The notes: generated by a model from the sequence alone, not told the origin. Positions 20,012-30,571 are shown, counted from the stretch's first letter. The stretch: 64,000 bases of DNA from Actinomycetota bacterium (GCA_034188985.1 JAXHVT010000027.1:11343-75342); one strand, 5' to 3'. A program made the numbers and translations.

Positions 20012-21178
20012 TCACTCCCCTGGGGGCTCCCCTTCCCCTTCGAGCCTGGCTGCATACCCCGCTTCTCCCCCGTCCTCTCCCCCCGCCGGCCTTTCGTGCA
20101 TCCTTCCTTCCTGGATAAGACCCTTGGTCTCATCCTCGACCCCGGCTGGACTACCCGCACCGGTCTCCCCCTCGATCAGCTCCCTTATCTCGGCCCTGCC
20201 GCTGCTCTTCTTGCCCTCCTCGCCCCGTGGCCCCATTCCCATCTTCCGCTTTTTCCTGCGTCGCGCAATCACCCATATGAGAGCCGCCAATAGCAGAATA
20301 ACGAGCACGATCCAGATGACCGGGATAACAACAAAGCCTGTTTCGGCCCTCTTCTCGACGTCAAAGGTCACCAGGTCGGGCCCGTATTGTATGATCGCCT
20401 CGGCCTTATATATGCCCATACAGGGGGGGGAAGGGAGGAACCCGTCGAAATAGCGCACTGTTCCCGGCAGTATGGTCATGGTTCCCAACCCTACGGTCCC
20501 CGAACCAAAACCGAAACGCGACCGGTAATGTATCTCGGCGCAAACGGTGATATGCACGTTTCCGCTGTTCTCCACCTCCAGGTGATAGGAGATGCTCCGC
20601 GCCGGCCATCCGCCTTCCCCTCCCCGCGGGGGACCCCATAGGGAGAAGAAATCGTTCTGCACCTCGAATCCCGCAATTGAGCCCTCCCGTACTATCTCAC
20701 CGGGGATGGTGAGGAGGATCAGCGCGCCGATGCGGGGGGAGGGAGCGGCGCCCTGGCCGGGCTCCGGTTCCCTCGCATCCTGGAAGAAGATGACCCCGTA
20801 ATGGCCCCCCGGCTCCGCGTCTTCGGACACGTTGAGCTTGAAGGGCACGTCCAGGCTGGAGTTGGCTGGCACGGAAACCTCCCCATCAGCGATATCCACC
20901 CAGCTGGAGCAGGAATAGGAATAGTAACCAGGTTCCTCGAAAATAAAGGTGTTATCGGATTCCACGTAATAATCCATGGCATATACGGAAAGCGGCAGGG
21001 GTTCATCGACCTGATTCAAGAGCTCGATGGAGAAATCCACCGTCTGCCCGGGATCGACCGTCAACTCCACTTTCGCCGGCGTTACCGCCAGATCGAAATC
21101 CTGGGCATGAGCTGGTGGAACACCCATCAAGAGAGCTATGGCCGCGAGGGCCAGTACCAACGCGATTGTTCTTTTCAT
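20012..21178 (-). CDS. DUF916-like (WxL-interacting) two-domain protein with C-terminal TM helix and charged tail
   Basis: AVTPAKVEL, AEPGGHYGVIFF, VENSGNVH, TILPG..R, TM followed by RRRKKRK. Confidence 0.75.
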   Translation of the reverse strand: MKRTIALVLALAAIALLMGVPPAHAQDFDLAVTPAKVELTVDPGQTVDFSIELLNQVDEPLPLSVYAMDYYVESDNTFIFEEPGYYSYSCSSWVDIADGEVSVPANSSLDVPFKLNVSEDAEPGGHYGVIFFQDAREPEPGQGAAPSPRIGALILLTIPGEIVREGSIAGFEVQNDFFSLWGPPRGGEGGWPARSISYHLEVENSGNVHITVCAEIHYRSRFGFGSGTVGLGTMTILPGTVRYFDGFLPSPPCMGIYKAEAIIQYGPDLVTFDVEKRAETGFVVIPVIWIVLVILLLAALIWVIARRRKKRKMGMGPRGEEGKKSSGRAEIRELIEGETGAGSPAGVEDETKGLIQEGRMHERPAGGEDGGEAGYAARLEGEGEPPGE

Positions 21179-21296
21179 TACTTGGATTATACTGGATTCA
21201 TGCGTTTAATGGTAAGGTCTGCCCGTCCCTTGATGCACGGCCAAGCCGGTATGGGCGGGATTGTGGACCGCTCCCGTCAACCCGTGTCGCCTATAG

Positions 21297-21330
21297 CATG
21301 AAGCCCGGGGCGGAAACCCCGGGCTTCATG
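21297..21330. terminator. Strong hairpin downstream of the WxL/pilin-like gene
   Basis: catgaagcccgggg-cggaaa-ccccgggcttcatg, 14-bp perfect stem, no U-tract. Confidence 0.75.
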
Positions 21331-21339
21331 TAACCGCTT

Positions 21340-21864
21340 CTACTGAGAAACTACCGTATAAGTGTGGGTAGACTCATAGGTATCCGGCGGGTCTTCCCAG
21401 TTGATCGTTAGCGCGTAGTCGATGTCAACGTCCATTCCACTGCCGCGGTTTCCCTCGGCCACCATAGTAGGTGAACCGGTGGCACCGAACTCGGTATCGC
21501 TGCTCTGGACTGCCGTGACCCTGGCGTCACTCGAAGAGGAAGTGAAGGTAAGCTGGCTGGAAGGTATGACGTTACCCGGGTCGATTGTCCCCGTCAAGTC
21601 CTGATCCTTCTCCACCTGCAAACGCCAGAGAACGTTGGCGCGAACCGTCGCCGTCAGCGAATCGCTGTAGTTCCCGGTCTCCGGGTTGAGGCTCCCGCCC
21701 CCGAAGTCAACGAGGTTCTTGGTTACGGAGAGCCTGATCGTCTGGCCCACGTTGGCCTGGACATCCACGTTTTCCGGGTTCGCCGCCATCGCCAACCCGC
21801 AGACCAATAGAAGCAGAGCGGCCAACCCTCCCACCAGGATAATCAGTTTTGTTTTTCCTTTCAT
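21340..21864 (-). CDS. Secreted WxL/pilin-like single-domain protein
   Basis: AGGAGG RBS, signal peptide, WRLQV, C-terminal YALTINWEDPPDTYESTHTYTV. Confidence 0.75.
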   Translation of the reverse strand: MKGKTKLIILVGGLAALLLLVCGLAMAANPENVDVQANVGQTIRLSVTKNLVDFGGGSLNPETGNYSDSLTATVRANVLWRLQVEKDQDLTGTIDPGNVIPSSQLTFTSSSSDARVTAVQSSDTEFGATGSPTMVAEGNRGSGMDVDIDYALTINWEDPPDTYESTHTYTVVSQ

Positions 21865-22076
21865 TTTCGCTCCTCCTATCATGATGTACTTGCAAAGGCC
21901 GATTCACAAAACCTTCTACGCTTTCAATCGTTAATATCTACGATCGGCTTCTAAGAATTTCAGTAGCGGTATCAAAAGGGCGGTGAAAGGCGGAAATCGC
22001 TCGGGAACGGTAACGTACAAATAGTATATACGTGTATCGTCTCAGGCTCGATAAGGGCAACGGGACGTGCTTAACG

Positions 22077-22328
22077 TCATTCGTCGGTTATGGGTTTGTC
22101 CTTGAGCGTGGCCAGAAATTCCTTAGCCTTTTCCCCTTCCTCCCGAGGCACCACCACGCGGGCCATGCCCGCCGGGCCGGTATAAGGGCCCGGGAGATCG
22201 GTCCATTCGTTGGGATGAAAGCCCTGGTCGGTCAGGAGGCGTAACACCAGCTCCGCCTCCATGCGCTCGCCGGTGAAAACCACTTCCCGGTCGCCGGGCT
22301 TCTTGCGGAACAGGTTCAGAATCCCCAT
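22077..22328 (-). CDS. DUF2007-like small protein
   Basis: MEAELVLRLL..G...RVVVP..E.EKAKEFL. Confidence 0.7.
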   Translation of the reverse strand: MGILNLFRKKPGDREVVFTGERMEAELVLRLLTDQGFHPNEWTDLPGPYTGPAGMARVVVPREEGEKAKEFLATLKDKPITDE

Positions 22329-22727
22329 AACGAAATACCTCTGTTCACCCGTTTCGTCGAACCGTCGCGGTCCACTACGCCTTCTATGTCGAACCTCTTC
22401 ATATACAAGTTTAACGGATTCGGGTTCCAGCCGGCGCCGATAAGGTCGTCGCGAGTGGATGGAAATAAGTGGACATACACGGAAATCTCAAGGGAGGCCC
22501 TTCTCTTTTCCGGTTCGCGCTGCCTCTAACATCAAGCTCTCGTTCCCTCTCGACTAAGGTGGTCTCCACAACCATGACCTGGAGAGCAGAGAGGAGGTAC
22601 TGCCCCGGAGGCGCTTCGTCGCCGAGCTCCTCTCGATAACACGTTATGGTGGCGTACATCGTATGACGTAACGGGTGACGAGGAAACCCGGTGTTACCGT
22701 CAAGCATATTCTCAGACCCCTGTGCCT

Positions 22728-23951
22728 CTAGAAGGCGCTCTCCTCCGAGATCTCCATCATCTTTTGCATCTCCCTCTCCAGTAGAGGGGGAAGTCCCTCA
22801 ATCTTCACGTTGAGGAAGCCACGCACGATAGTCGAGGTGGCCTCCTCCTCGCTCAAGCCGCGGGCCATGAGGTACTCTATCTCCTCCTGGGCTATCTTGC
22901 CCACCGCAGCCTCGTGGGACATATCAATGTCAGGCACCATTCCCTCAAGTTCGGGGATGGCATAGATGGAACCTCCTTCGTCCATGATGAGGCCACGGCA
23001 CTCCAGGTGAGCCTTTATGTCCTTCACCTCGCCCCTGAGGTGTCCCCTGGCCACGATATCGCCGCCCTGGGTGATAGCGCGGGATATTATCTCGGCGTTG
23101 CACTCCGGCGCGCTCAATATGACCCGCGAACCCACGTCCATCTCGCTCCCGGGCTGGGCCACCAGGACGGAGTTGAAGCGGGCCGTAGCTCCCCGCCCCG
23201 ACAGTCTGGCGGTGGGATAGGACTGCAGCGAACGCACCGGCTCCATGACGATATAGTTGGAGAGGAAGAGCCCCCCCTCCTCCACCTCCACCGTGCTGCG
23301 GGGCCTCACGTCCATCCCCGGCACCCAGTTGTGCACCATGGTGAAGGTTATCTTGGCGTTCTTCTTGACGTAGAACTCCGAGACACCCAGGTGGAGGGCC
23401 ATGTCGATCTCGTGCTCGCTGGCACAGCCGGTGATGATATGTAACTCCGAGTTCTCCTCGGCGATGATGATGTTATGCACCCTCTGCACGAAGCGGGGCT
23501 CCTTTATATAGAGACAGGCCTGGAGGGGGTAGATAGTGCGGGAGCCGGGAAGGGCGTGCAGGAAGTATCCCTCGTAGGGGTTGAGTTCCACGTCGGCGGT
23601 GTACTTGTCGGTATCCACGGGGACCGCCTTCCAGAAGTAATCCCATAGCCAGTCGTACCTTTCCAGTGCCTCTCTGGTCCCGAGTATCTCCACTCCCTTC
23701 TCCAGCGCCTTGCGATGCACGATGGTGTTGTCCACTTGGACGAAGGAACCGGAGCGCTCCTCGCCGCTCACGTCCACGCCCGACCTGGCCAGCTCGTCGG
23801 CGTCCAGGTCCTCTATATCCTCCAAACGCTCCACGTAGGCGCATTCCTGTGCCTCACATCCAAACTGGCCGAGGTCGATGTCGCTGCCGTAGGCCGCCGG
23901 CTTGTCCACCGCCGCCCGCGCTCTCTCATTGATTTCACCTAGCGCGTGCAT
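22728..23951 (-). CDS. sufB: SufB/SufD-family Fe-S scaffold (SmsB-type)
   Basis: QRVHNIII, ITGC, GVSEFY, HLECRGL, PEL, SHEAAVGKI..YLMARGL..IVRGF. Start reset to ATG 23951, overlapping the end of sufC. Confidence 0.9.
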   Translation of the reverse strand: MHALGEINERARAAVDKPAAYGSDIDLGQFGCEAQECAYVERLEDIEDLDADELARSGVDVSGEERSGSFVQVDNTIVHRKALEKGVEILGTREALERYDWLWDYFWKAVPVDTDKYTADVELNPYEGYFLHALPGSRTIYPLQACLYIKEPRFVQRVHNIIIAEENSELHIITGCASEHEIDMALHLGVSEFYVKKNAKITFTMVHNWVPGMDVRPRSTVEVEEGGLFLSNYIVMEPVRSLQSYPTARLSGRGATARFNSVLVAQPGSEMDVGSRVILSAPECNAEIISRAITQGGDIVARGHLRGEVKDIKAHLECRGLIMDEGGSIYAIPELEGMVPDIDMSHEAAVGKIAQEEIEYLMARGLSEEEATSTIVRGFLNVKIEGLPPLLEREMQKMMEISEESAF

Positions 23952-24679
23952 GTCATGCACTCCTCGAATCCGTACTTGCGTATACCTTCGATCTGTTCCC
24001 GGGGATTGCCCGAGCAAACCAGGGAACCCTCGCAGAGGACGTGGCCGACGTCCGCCTCCACGTAATCCAGGATATATCCGGTATGGGTGATGATAAGACC
24101 GCAGCGCATGCGCTTGCGGTGCAGGTCCTTTTGCAGCAGCCTGCGTATGGCCTTTCCCACAACCTGCAGGTTCTCCATGTCCACGCCGGACTCCGGCTCG
24201 TCCAGAAGGACCATGTCCGGGCCTTGGGCAATCAACTGCAGCAGCTCGGAACGCTTTATCTCTCCCCCGGAGAAGCCGCTGTTGACGTCCCTGTCCAGGA
24301 AGCGGTCCATGTTCAGCTCCTCGGCCAGTCCCTCCACATCCAGGGTATCGTGGGAGCATATACTCACCATCTGTTGCAGGGATACACCCTGCACGGTGGG
24401 CGGCCTCTGGAACATGATACCTATACCCTTCCCGGCCCTCTGATCGGGATGCAGGTCCGTGATATCCTCGCCCGCGAACCTTATGCGTCCCGAGGTTACC
24501 TTGTAGCGTGGAAAGCCCATGATCGCCATGAGCAGCGTCGTCTTACCGGAGCCATTGGGGCCGAAGAGGACGTGGGTCTCCCCGCAGCTTATTGTAAAGC
24601 TGATGTCGCGCAGGATCTCCTTGCCCTCGACCTCGACACTGATGCCTTCCAGATCCAACATATCCTGCTTGGTTGCCAA
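23939..24679 (-). CDS. sufC: SufC-family ABC ATPase (SmsC-type)
   Basis: GPNGSGKT, FSGGEIKR, LLDEPESGVD, IITH, C-terminal CxxC; TTG start after GGAGGTG. Confidence 0.9.
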   Translation of the reverse strand: MATKQDMLDLEGISVEVEGKEILRDISFTISCGETHVLFGPNGSGKTTLLMAIMGFPRYKVTSGRIRFAGEDITDLHPDQRAGKGIGIMFQRPPTVQGVSLQQMVSICSHDTLDVEGLAEELNMDRFLDRDVNSGFSGGEIKRSELLQLIAQGPDMVLLDEPESGVDMENLQVVGKAIRRLLQKDLHRKRMRCGLIITHTGYILDYVEADVGHVLCEGSLVCSGNPREQIEGIRKYGFEECMTCTR

Positions 24680-24962
24680 GCGATCACCTCCATTACAATG
24701 TTCGAAGAAGCCCTCGCGACTTCTAGTCCATTGTACCCCCAAAGGAGGGCTTTAAACGATAGCCCCGAAAGCCGAAACGGGGGGTACGCGGGTATGAATC
24801 CGCGCCTCAGGGCGCTTTTTATCGAATCGGAGGAACGCGGTCTCGGTGGATGAAGGCCTGACGCGGCGGCCTGGATGATATCCCGGCCGGACGTCCACGA
24901 CACCGGCCCGGCGACATCGGCGAGCGTGCCGGGGAAACGCGTTCACGGCGGTGACGAGCATA

Positions 24963-25106
24963 CTACTTGGAACTCTCCCTGGCCTCCGGCTGCTTCTTAT
25001 CCCGCTGTATGGCGCATTGCATCGCCAGATAAAACTGGGGATGGCAATTACAGGTGGTGAAAGGGCATTCGGAGCATTTACAGTTGGAGAACACTTGGCA
25101 TAACAT
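24963..25106 (-). CDS. Small Cys-rich protein, 47 aa
   Basis: MLCQVFSNCKCSECPFTTCNCHPQFYLAMQC...; G-rich RBS-like sequence upstream. Confidence 0.5.
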   Translation of the reverse strand: MLCQVFSNCKCSECPFTTCNCHPQFYLAMQCAIQRDKKQPEARESSK

Positions 25107-25357
25107 CTCCCGCCCCCGTTTGTAAGTTATTACATATACTCGTACTTTCCACGCAGTCTCGCGGATCACCTTCCGCGAACCTCTTTATCTGCATATATAT
25201 TGGACTTGCCGGAACCGACGTAAGGTCCCGGCGGGGCGGTATGTTTAAAATCGCTCCATTGAGTAACAATATCAGTAAGAGTCATGAGGCTTTTCCATTC
25301 CGCAACACGCCGGTTGCAAAATCCAAGCTCTAGCGAGCCCATGGAAAGGATGATGGC

Positions 25358-25756
25358 ATGAAGAAACTTCTGATCATGTTGTGCATGGCCGCGCTGATAA
25401 CGCTTCCGCTCATCGGGTGCGGAGGTGGGTCGGAGGAGGTCCAGACCTCCCAGCCCATGGAAGAGGATGCCTCTGGGGACGAAACCATCCAGGGGAACGA
25501 GGACACGGAACTCGCAACCTTCACCCAGGAGGAGTTGGCCCGCTACGACGGCAGTGGCGGCAACCCGGCCTACGTGGCCGTGGAAGGCATAGTGTATGAC
25601 GTGAGCGACAGCCAGTACTGGCCGTCGGGAGAGCATACTCCATGCGGGCTGGATGCCGTGGCCGGCAAGGACCTGAGCGGAGTACTGGATGAATCGCCCC
25701 CGAGGATGCGCGAATTGATCGAGAAAATGCCCGTGGTAGGCGTTCTGGAGCAATAG
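25358..25756 (+). CDS. Cytochrome b5-like heme/steroid-binding lipoprotein
   Basis: Lipobox LIGC; FTQEELARYDG..AYVAVEG.VYDVS..W..G.H..AGKDL. Confidence 0.85.
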   Translation: MKKLLIMLCMAALITLPLIGCGGGSEEVQTSQPMEEDASGDETIQGNEDTELATFTQEELARYDGSGGNPAYVAVEGIVYDVSDSQYWPSGEHTPCGLDAVAGKDLSGVLDESPPRMRELIEKMPVVGVLEQ

Positions 25757-25767
25757 AGAACTCACGC

Positions 25768-26397
25768 ATGAGGGATAAGAATTCGCGGACGGCCAGGGAT
25801 GCCCGAGCCCCCCTGAGGGCCCTCCTATCGGCCCTATCCATAGGAACCCTGGCCGTCCCCCCTTTTATCATCATATCGTCAGGCACCTCCACCGCCAATC
25901 CCACCTGGACCGCGCTGCGCCTCGCCGCCCTGCTGGCGTTCACCCTCATCTTCCTGAACATCGTCACCGGGGCATTCCGCCCCTCACTCAACCGCGTCTT
26001 CCGGGCGCGGGCTTTACAGCGAGTACATGTGGCCATCGGCCTTACCGGTTTCTCCCTGGCCCTCGCCCACGGGATACTGGCGGCGATCTACGGCCTCGCG
26101 GGCTTCAATCCCGTGGTGGTGGCCGTCGGCCCGGCCGTCCTGGTGCTGCTGGCGGCCACCATACTAACCGCGCTGACCAGGCATCGTCTCAGGCGGACAT
26201 GGAGATGGGTACACCGCTTGAATTACGTGATCTTCGCGGCTGTATTCATACATGCCCTCATACTGGGATACGACCTGCGGGACAGCCTCTTACTAAGGGT
26301 GTTTTTTGTCATCTACGTGATCCTGGCCACCGCCGGTCTGCTTTACAGGATCTATCTATCGCTGGAAAAGCGCCGCCCCAGGCCATCCGAAGCATAG
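25768..26397 (+). CDS. Ferric reductase-like transmembrane (MsrQ-like) heme protein
   Basis: Multiple TM helices with paired His (RVH..LAH; WRWVHRLNY..IH). Confidence 0.8.
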   Translation: MRDKNSRTARDARAPLRALLSALSIGTLAVPPFIIISSGTSTANPTWTALRLAALLAFTLIFLNIVTGAFRPSLNRVFRARALQRVHVAIGLTGFSLALAHGILAAIYGLAGFNPVVVAVGPAVLVLLAATILTALTRHRLRRTWRWVHRLNYVIFAAVFIHALILGYDLRDSLLLRVFFVIYVILATAGLLYRIYLSLEKRRPRPSEA

Positions 26398-26689
26398 GGA
26401 TTACTCGGGTTGGATGCACCAATCCATCCATGGGTCACCGGGATAAAAACCTGGGAAGGTGTATCCAAGAAAACCAGCCCACATAAGAGATATCGATATC
26501 CCGTTTATTTTATGGCAGAATGTGCCGATTAGTTATGATTGCCAACCTTATAAGGCTAGAGCTGTACAAGCATCCATAATGGTAGGGTTATCCATACGGG
26601 AGCATTCTGATGTCAGAAATCGGTCAGTTGAGAATCCGGCTCTTTCGTTCGCCGGATCGCCGCTATATGAAGTGGCTATCAAGGGATGG

Positions 26690-28040
26690 ATATACGCTTT
26701 TCTGATCATAACGTTAACGGTAATATTTGGCCTTGCAATCGCTGCTACCGTATATTCGACTCAAGCGCTGCAATGGGAAATAATGGTACATCCATATGTA
26801 CGGCGTCCTAGGATCAGACCTGACCGCAGATTGTCGACGATTAGAATGGGGGGGTTCATCATCGTTTGGATGGATAAACGTCCCGGAAGCCTGGATATAT
26901 ATGACCAAAAACTTGATGCCGCCGGTGCTCTCCAATGGGAATCCAACGGTGTAGCGGTCCGTACGGCATCCAGTGATCAGGAATGTCCAAGGATTATCTC
27001 CGATAGCTGAAGCGGCGCGATAATCACCTGGAGGGATAAAAGATCGGGAAATTACGACGTCTATGCTCAGCGATTGAACGCCTCGGGTACACCTCTCCGG
27101 GTAGTGAATTGTATGCCTGTCTGCGCCAAGACCGATAAGGAGGATGATCCACGTATAGCCCCAGACGGGCACGGTGGAGCGATAATTTCCTGGCTTGAAG
27201 GTGATTGGTCTTTCGGCGGTTACATTCACGCCCAACGTTTGGATTCATGCGGCATATCCCTTTGGGCCGCAGGCGGAGTTGTCGTCAACGCCGACACGAC
27301 CAACAATAAGCGGGACCTTCGCATAGCACCGGACGGCCCAGGCGGCGCGGTCTTAACCTGGATGTATGATAGCCTGCTCGGCGACCATACCATCTATACT
27401 CAACGGTTAGATGATTCGGGCACAGTGCTGTGGGATGCATCAGGAATACCGCTTTGCACGGATAATGGCTCGTATTATAGTCCAGAAATCGCCGTCATGG
27501 ATTCCGTTTGTTCCATCATCACTGGGTTGGCACCCGATCCAGCTCCACTCGAGCGGATATATACGCCCAGAAGCAGGATCCCAGTGGTAATCCACCATGG
27601 ACTGAAAACGGCATTACTGTCTGCAACGCTGATAATATCTCCACACAAGTAAGCGCTACAGGAGCTGGAGTGGTCTGCGAGTGGGCCATGTACGGCAATA
27701 ATCGTACCTGGGCTAACGATTCAGTCGGCGTCATTCAACCGGATTCCTCCTGGAGCATGGCCGAGGGTTGTACGGCGGCTGGTTTCGAAACCCGGATACT
27801 GGTTCAGAATCCCGGCGGTAACAGCGTGGAGATAGATATGTACTTCATGACCGATACCGAGATAGTTACCGGGCCACTGGAGACTATTCCTCCTCATTCC
27901 AGGCGCTACCACAACGCCCGTGAGTACGTCGATTCCTATAACGTTTCCACATTGATCTTCTCCGACGGAGGGGACGTCATATGCGAGAGGGCCATGTACG
28001 GGGATGACCGCACCTAGGGACACGATTCAATAGACTATTC
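26690..28040 (+). pseudogene. Decayed secreted beta-propeller repeat protein with a DUF5719-like remnant
   Basis: Fragments in several frames: GG.II.W.D.R..DIYAQ repeats, then AEG..GFET..VQNP..ERAMY; in-frame TGA at 27008 and TAG at 28015. Confidence 0.8.
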
Positions 28041-28145
28041 CCCGGCAGCCTCGACGTTATCCGCAAAATCGGCAAATATGGCCGAAATGAGGAATGGTGA
28101 ACAAAGGAGCTGTGTGGATAAGGATAGTGGGTAAGGGCGATAGGC

Positions 28146-28799
28146 TTATTCGGGTTGGGGAAGGGTTATGTCGATATGGTAGGCCTTGGGCTCCTCCGGC
28201 CTGCTTATTCCTCTGGTGAGTATCCCCATAAGGGGGTCCACGAAATCGTCAAGCTCGTCTTTCCTCCCCCGTAGATGCCAGCGGAAGAAGATGTGCTCTA
28301 TGGTCCCGAGAATCATGGAGCGGATGAGGTAGGGATCGATGTCCTCCCGGAACTCCCCCTCCTCTATCCCCTCATCTATGGCCTTGAGGATGAAACCCGC
28401 CGCCCTTTTCACCGAGGTATAGCTCTCGGTCTCCATGAAGTTGCGGTTGTGTTTCAGGTCCAGCAGCACCAGGGAGGAGTAGTCCGGGTTGTCCCTGTAT
28501 AGAGCGTAGTAACCGTAGATGATAGCCCTTATCCTATTCTCCGCGCCCTTGATGTACGGGGTTATGATTTCCAGGAATTCCACCGACTGGTTGGTCATTT
28601 CGCCGGGTATGGCGAAAAGCAGATCCTCCTTGCTTCCGAAGTACTCGTATATGGTGGCCTCGGATACTCCCGCCTCGCGGGCGATCTCCGAGATGGTGGC
28701 GTTGTAGTAGCTTTTCTCCCCGAAGACCTTGAGGGCAGCGTCTATAATGACTGAGAATTTATCCCTTGCTTTGTAGTTATCCTCCATATTAACCAACAT
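28146..28799 (-). CDS. TetR family transcriptional regulator
   Basis: ATISEIAREAGVSEATIYEYFGSKEDL. Confidence 0.93.
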   Translation of the reverse strand: MLVNMEDNYKARDKFSVIIDAALKVFGEKSYYNATISEIAREAGVSEATIYEYFGSKEDLLFAIPGEMTNQSVEFLEIITPYIKGAENRIRAIIYGYYALYRDNPDYSSLVLLDLKHNRNFMETESYTSVKRAAGFILKAIDEGIEEGEFREDIDPYLIRSMILGTIEHIFFRWHLRGRKDELDDFVDPLMGILTRGISRPEEPKAYHIDITLPQPE

Positions 28800-28802
28800 T
28801 TA

Positions 28803-28868
28803 CATAGTTTTTCTATGAAATTGACATTAATATTATAATTAAACTATAATCATATAGCAACATCTATA
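28803..28868 (+). promoter_or_regulatory. Consensus sigma70 promoter with flanking dyads (candidate TetR operators)
   Basis: TTGACA 28821, 18-nt spacer, TATAAT 28845; dyads catag-N5-ctatg and tatag-N6-ctata. Confidence 0.75.
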
Positions 28869-28890
28869 CCCATTTTTGGAGGGGATCACC

Positions 28891-30315
28891 ATGATGCGCA
28901 GATCCGATGAATACCGTGAATGCCTGAAGGCTATGAAGCCCAACATCTACATGGGCGGCGAGATTATGGGCAGGGACAACCTTCCCGGCACGGAGATCCT
29001 TGACCTTACGTGCGAGATAGCCTTCAACGAGGAGATCAAGCATCTGACCACGGCCACGTCCCATCTCACCGGCGAAACCATCAACCGCTTCTGCCACGTC
29101 CATCAGAGCGTTGATGACCTGCTGAAGAAACAGGACATGACAAGGGTGGCCTCCCGCATGGTGGGGGCCTGTATTGCTCGCTGCATGGGCACCGACGCCA
29201 TGAACGCCCTCTCCGTTATCACCTACATGTGCGATCAGGCCCATGGCACAGAATACAACGATCACTTCCTGAAATACCTCAGGTACTGGCAGGACAACGA
29301 TATCGTGGGTTGCTGCGCTCAATCCGACGTCAAGGGACACCGCAGGAAGCGGCCGCACCAGCAGACGGATCCCGATCTCTATATGCGGGTTGTAGAGAAG
29401 AAGAAGGATGGTATCGTGGTGAGGGGCGCCAAGGCCCATAACTCCTTCGCACCGCTGGCCGACGAGATCATCGCCATCCCCACCCGCTTCCTGACCCCCG
29501 AGGAGGGGGACTGGGCGGTAGCCGTGGCCGTTCCCGGCGATCATCCCGGAGTCAAGCTGGTATGCCGCGGCGCCCGCTACCGCGACCGCGTCTCCAAATT
29601 GGCCGGCCCGCTCTCCGGCAAGGGAGAAATCGAATCGCTTACCATTTTCGATGACGTCTTCGTGCCCTGGGAGAGGGTCTTCCTGTGCGGCGAGACCGAG
29701 TTTGGCGGGCAGCTCGCCCTGCTCTTCGCCCTCTATCACCGCCACTCCTATACCGGGTGCAAACCGGCCATGACCGACGTGATCATGGGAAGCTCCGCCC
29801 TGGTGGCCGAGTACAGCGGCATCGAGAGGGAGGGCCACGTGCGCCATAAGCTGGCCGAGCTGATAAGCGTGGCCGAGCTGGTTTACGGCTGTGGTATAGC
29901 TGCGTCGGTGAAGTCGACCAAGTCTCCATCCGGCACCCAGGTACCGGACGTGGTCTTCTGCAACGTGGCCCGCAAGCACGCCGGAGTCAACCTCTACCAC
30001 GAATACGACGTGCTTGCCGACCTCGCCGGCGGTCTTCCCGCGACCCTTCCCTACAGCGAGGAGTTCGTGAGCGACGAGGTGGGAGATCTGGTTAAAAAGT
30101 ACCTGGCCAGGGCAGATGGGGTCAGCCCCGAGGACCTCTACAAGTGCTTCGCCTGGATAAGCGATTACTCCTGCTCCTCCATGGCCGGAGTTCTGCAGTA
30201 CGCAGGCGTGCACGGCGGCGGCTCGCCGGTGATGGAGGACATCGCCATTCTGGGCACCTACGATATCGATGAGCGCAAGGATATCGTCAAGCGCCTCGCC
30301 GGCATCGGCGATTAA
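28891..30315 (+). CDS. 4-hydroxybutyryl-CoA dehydratase-like (AbfD/HpaB family) FAD/Fe-S enzyme
   Basis: CIARC and HRHSYTGCK (Cys/His cluster ligands typical of AbfD), SDVKG.R, GIVVRGAK, HGGGSP. Confidence 0.85.
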   Translation: MMRRSDEYRECLKAMKPNIYMGGEIMGRDNLPGTEILDLTCEIAFNEEIKHLTTATSHLTGETINRFCHVHQSVDDLLKKQDMTRVASRMVGACIARCMGTDAMNALSVITYMCDQAHGTEYNDHFLKYLRYWQDNDIVGCCAQSDVKGHRRKRPHQQTDPDLYMRVVEKKKDGIVVRGAKAHNSFAPLADEIIAIPTRFLTPEEGDWAVAVAVPGDHPGVKLVCRGARYRDRVSKLAGPLSGKGEIESLTIFDDVFVPWERVFLCGETEFGGQLALLFALYHRHSYTGCKPAMTDVIMGSSALVAEYSGIEREGHVRHKLAELISVAELVYGCGIAASVKSTKSPSGTQVPDVVFCNVARKHAGVNLYHEYDVLADLAGGLPATLPYSEEFVSDEVGDLVKKYLARADGVSPEDLYKCFAWISDYSCSSMAGVLQYAGVHGGGSPVMEDIAILGTYDIDERKDIVKRLAGIGD

Positions 30316-30368
30316 TGAGATCGTTTCTCCTGAAAAAATGCGAAGACGCGAGATCGTTTCGATAGTCA

Positions 30369-30395
30369 AGGGCGCGGGAAGCCGCGCTCTTTCTT
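30369..30395 (+). terminator. Probable intrinsic terminator
   Basis: agggcgcgg-gaag-ccgcgctct followed by T-rich tail. Confidence 0.6.
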
Positions 30396-30420
30396 ATACC
30401 TTCGTTATATATAGAAACGA

Positions 30421-30453
30421 CAGCAGATGGGGTCTACCGACATCGGACATTTT
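30421..30453 (+). repeat. REP-like element, short-stem variant
   Basis: cagcagatggggtctaccgacatcggacatttt. Confidence 0.85.
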
Positions 30454-30571
30454 GGGGATCAATAGGTTGGAGCTATATCGAAAGGCCGACACGCACGAGA
30501 ATTGGATCAAAGCGCCCACTAGTTACTAGATAATGGTATATTATTCAAGATCAATGATGTGACCCCCAGAA

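Noticed and set aside
19981-20040. c-di-GMP-I riboswitch-like words (GACGCAAC..CTAAGG, GGCAAAC) on the minus strand
   Set aside because: Elements are in the wrong order, there is no GAAA-capped stem, and the segment overlaps a stop codon.
23952-24359. N-terminal extension of the SufB-like ORF to 543 aa
   Set aside because: Overlaps sufC and reads as non-coding; ATG 23951 is the coupled start.
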